Source: Macrostomum lignano
Taxonomy: Eukaryota
Reading direction: 5' to 3'
Assembly (NCBI GenBank): GCA_002269645.1
Contig: NIVC01000659.1
Location: 186,001-250,000 of the forward strand
DNA: 64,000 nt
The notes under the pieces are model-generated. The model made no database searches. It saw only the letters and a program-made list of their open reading frames with translations, and had not been told where the DNA came from. Positions 60,901 through 64,000 of the stretch are shown piece by piece (within the stretch, counting starts at the first letter, position 1; each line of letters opens with the position of its first letter). The position numbers were made by a program, and so were the translations under genes.

Positions 60901-62609
60901 ACACTGACTTGTCACTCCTGACACTGACTTGTCACTCCTGACACTGACTTGTCACTCCTGACACTGACTTGTCACTCCTGACACTGACTTGTCACTCCTG
61001 ACACTGACTTGTCACTTCTAACACTGATTTGTCACTCCTGACACTGACTTGTCACTCCTGACACTGACTTGTCACTCCTGACACTGACTTGTCACTCCTG
61101 ACTCTGACTTGTCACTTCTAACATTGATTTGTCACTCCTGACACTGACTTGTCACTCCTGACCCTGACTTGTCACTTCTAACATTGATTTGTCACTCCTG
61201 ACACTGACTTGTCACTCCTGACCCTGACTTGTCACTTCTAACACTGATTTGTCACTCCTGACCCTGACTTGTCACTCCTGACACTGACTTGTCACTCCTG
61301 ACACTGACTTGTCACTCCTGACCCTGACTTGTCACTTCTAACACTGATTTGTCACTCCTGACCCTGACTTGTCACTTCTGACACTGATTTGTCACTCCTG
61401 ACAGTGATGTGTCACTTCTGACACAGATTTGCCCCTCTTGACAGTGATGTGTCACTTCTGACACTGCTTTGTCACTCCTGACACTGACTTGTCACTCCTG
61501 ACACTGACTTGTCACTTCTGACACTGATTTGTCACTCGTAAAACCAGTTTATCACTCCTGACACTAATGCACCCACCAATGATACAAATTTGTCACTCTT
61601 AGAATCTTACAATATATTTTCTGAAGTATAAAAAATACTCTGAATAAAAGCGTAATTTATTTTAAATTCAGTATGAAACTTAAATTACAATTTTCATGTA
61701 AGAGATCGCCTACTTGTAAGTAAGAGAGAGAAACATTTTATTCCTTTCTTTGTTGCCTGCCCAACGGAGGAGGCTAAGATTGCTAGTTAAACCTGGATAG
61801 TTATTTATCCTATCTTAAATTAAAATAAAAAAGGAGAGTTGCAGGAAACCTTACCTCAGTGCTTCGGCGACATCGTGAGGCCCATTCCACTGACTCCTGT
61901 GCAGACAAGCCTGCCAATACTGCAGGCACTCATACATACGCTCACACAGGGTGCACAACGGTCCTGACTTTCTAATCGCTGGGCATTACTCTCTGTGCCT
62001 TGGGGGTTGGCCCTCATGGCTGCTCTTCTGCCTGAGAAGCCAACTGATGCATTTCTCACCTTTCAGAAATCGAGCGCCGATCTGCCACTCAACGGTGGGC
62101 GTGAAGACCGGCAGCACGGTGGTGACAATGTCCACGCAGCCGCAGACCAGCAGGATGGTGCGCCGGCCGATCCGGTCGCCCAGAGTGGCAAACAACATGC
62201 CGCAGGCGTCGCCAAAAAAGTACACGCTCATGAGGATGGTCGGGTAGATGTCCCTGGCGCAGACCAACTGGAAGTCCTTCACCATCGTCAGCCGGATGAA
62301 GTCGTTCTCGAACTCGAACTCGGTGCACGCCTCTTCAGTCATGTTGCCGGCTGAGTACAGGGACGGATCTGCTGATGAAGCGTTGCCAGCCTCCGACGAC
62401 CTGCTTATCGTGCAGTGACTGTCAAAGCCCTGAGGCTCGTAGCCGCTCGAGTTCTGCTGGGCGCACCTGAACGGCGACACGTGCAGCATGAGGGCCAGCA
62501 GCTGCAGGTCCAGCACCGCCTTCACTGACGTCATCGACAGGGAGAGAAAAACCATCAGCTGGGCGCGACCGAAGCCGCCAATCTGCGTGAGAATTTTCTC
62601 GTACTCCAT
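57987..62609 (-). CDS. SLC22 organic cation/carnitine-type MFS transporter; exons 62609-62060, 60077-59731 (donor uncertain), 59373-59019, 58438-57987 (about 567 aa)
   Basis: MEYEKILTQIGGFGRAQ, DFQLVC, LGDRIGRR, PESPRWLL, ERIGRR, ENFPTSLRN, LPETKDMPLPDT. Confidence 0.92.
58480..58985. repeat. 47-bp minisatellite (GTGACTCAAGTCCTAAGCTTGATCCCTGATTTATCTGTGACTCTCTT)n
   Basis: Tandem units in SLC22 intron. Confidence 0.92.
60170..61560. repeat. 20-bp minisatellite (CTGACACTGACTTGTCACTC)n, 1.4 kb
   Basis: Tandem units in SLC22 intron 1; each has a TGACA...TGTCA inverted pair. Confidence 0.95.
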
Positions 62610-63039
62610 CTGTGCACGAACTTTGGAGTCTTCTTTAATTCTCACCTGAGCATTGCTACCTGGCGAAAAATGGGTCTGTCGTTTCTCCACGAGCTAATCG
62701 AGACTTTACACAAAAATTGAAACAATTTTTTAAACAGATATCTTAGGCTTTTCTGGTTTTATCTTAAAAATAAAGTGCACACTTTCTCTTGGCAAAGTAA
62801 GTTGCTGGCTTCCACGCAGGTAAGCCATGCCTCAATCAGAAATGACCAGACTCGGTATCAGGGCTCAGTTGAGAACGGCGGAGCTCTCGGTTATAGTGAG
62901 TTCAAAGCTCAAATCTGATTTATACTGTTTGGTCTGAAATGAAAACACTGGAATAACCTGCACTAAAATAAGGCATTGGGTAACGGTTGCTTTTGAATAC
63001 ACTGTGCAGTCCGCAGTTTCAAAAAAGTCATCTAAAGAA

Positions 63040-63290
63040 CCCGAGAAGAGTTGTGGCGCCCTCTGAAGGACCCGAGAGAAATTGTGGCGCCCTCTGAAGT
63101 ACCCGAAAGGAATTTTGACGCCCTCTGAAGGACCCGAGAGAAATTGTGGCGCCCCTCTGAAGGACCCGAGAGAAATTGTGGCGCCCTCTGAAGGACCCGA
63201 GATAAATTGTGGCGCCCTCTGAAGGACCCGAGAGAAATTGTGGCGCCCTCTGAAGGACCCGAGAGGAATTGTGGCGCCATCTGAAGGACT
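63040..63290. repeat. 31-bp minisatellite (CTCTGAAGGACCCGAGAGAAATTGTGGCGCC)n
   Basis: About 8 units. Confidence 0.9.
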
Positions 63291-64000
63291 TACTACAGTG
63301 TCTAGTAGACGACAAATCCTTACTCTAAATAATTAGGTTAATGAGGCTAATCAGCTTTTATTGCCTTTTATGCAGCTCCAGAGACAGTTTTATCACGTCG
63401 TTACTTTGTCAGTAGTGTGGCGTGAACCCGAGTTTGTTATACAAATCAAGAGGAATTTTATTCCTATCGGACTCGAAAACAAATCAATTGGATCAATTCA
63501 AAGCAAACTTTCTCATATTACTCCAATTCTCTTTTACTATTTAAACTCCCAGCTTCCGACTCCATCCAGAGCCATCTGGAGGTCTATAAAACTCTCCCTG
63601 AAGGATCAAAATCATCATTCAAAGGAGGCTTGACAAATAAAAAACACTGGACCCATCTCTGCACGCTTTGATGTTTTCGAATTTCAAAATGTCAGTCAAA
63701 AATCCATAACTTTGCGCTGAGTTGACAAGAAGGCCTTCGGAGCTCCGGTTGGCGCTCCTGGACCGACAGTGCAGCTTCCGTCTTGCAGATTCCTCATCTC
63801 TTCGTGGCCATGCATGCACGGGATTTCCGCGACTGCAGAACAATGGGAGCGCTATGAGGTAAGTAGACCCTGAGCAAACTGATTTGCCTAGCATTAAGCT
63901 TCAGCTTAAACGGGGAGCCTGTTACTCGAGACAGCTCAGGATGTGTGCTCTGGCTTCGGGGTCGGCAACAACTGTGGAAGCTGCCTGGGCTTCAGTTTGT

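Noticed and set aside
60170-61560. Regular 20-35-bp repeats resembling CRISPR arrays
   Set aside because: No unique spacers, no cas genes, and the context is eukaryotic and intronic
57987-62609. SLC22 as a choline/betaine transporter clustered with HAD-CHDH
   Set aside because: 12 kb away with unrelated genes in between; SLC22 families are large and substrate cannot be inferred from sequence
95-63315. Long low-complexity ORFs (SMGSSGRL, SETV, LSHS, SLESHL, LLGQPPRS, RLVNPIC and similar)
   Set aside because: They are translations of non-coding minisatellites and are open in several frames at once
63700-64000. Possible start of another plus-strand gene (donor GAG|GTAAGT near 63859)
   Set aside because: Too short to fix the frame or identify a product within the window

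Overview
Eukaryotic (metazoan) genomic DNA with GC-rich exons and introns that mostly carry their own minisatellite. It is most likely from a free-living flatworm such as Macrostomum (inference: the GPx resembles schistosome PHGPx as I recall it, and simple repeats are extremely abundant). Genes were hand-spliced at GT-AG sites with phase checks: the 3' part of threonyl-tRNA synthetase, eIF3L, a frameshifted secreted PAN/LamG-like gene, an 8-exon EGF-less C2/MNNL-DSL membrane protein (Notch-ligand-like), a selenocysteine GPx4-like peroxidase, an 11-exon 1143-aa fusion of two HAD phosphatase domains with choline dehydrogenase, FANK1, an orphan class A GPCR and an SLC22 transporter. Mobile DNA comprises an internally deleted BEL/Pao LTR element with nested MITEs, seven MITE insertions with 8-bp TSDs (hAT-type) and a tRNA-derived SINE. 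The main candidate for a new system is the mitochondrial HAD-HAD-CHDH protein, whose linker carries an internal MPP-like cleavage motif (RRSY|S). It may be a phosphocholine-to-betaine polyprotein.
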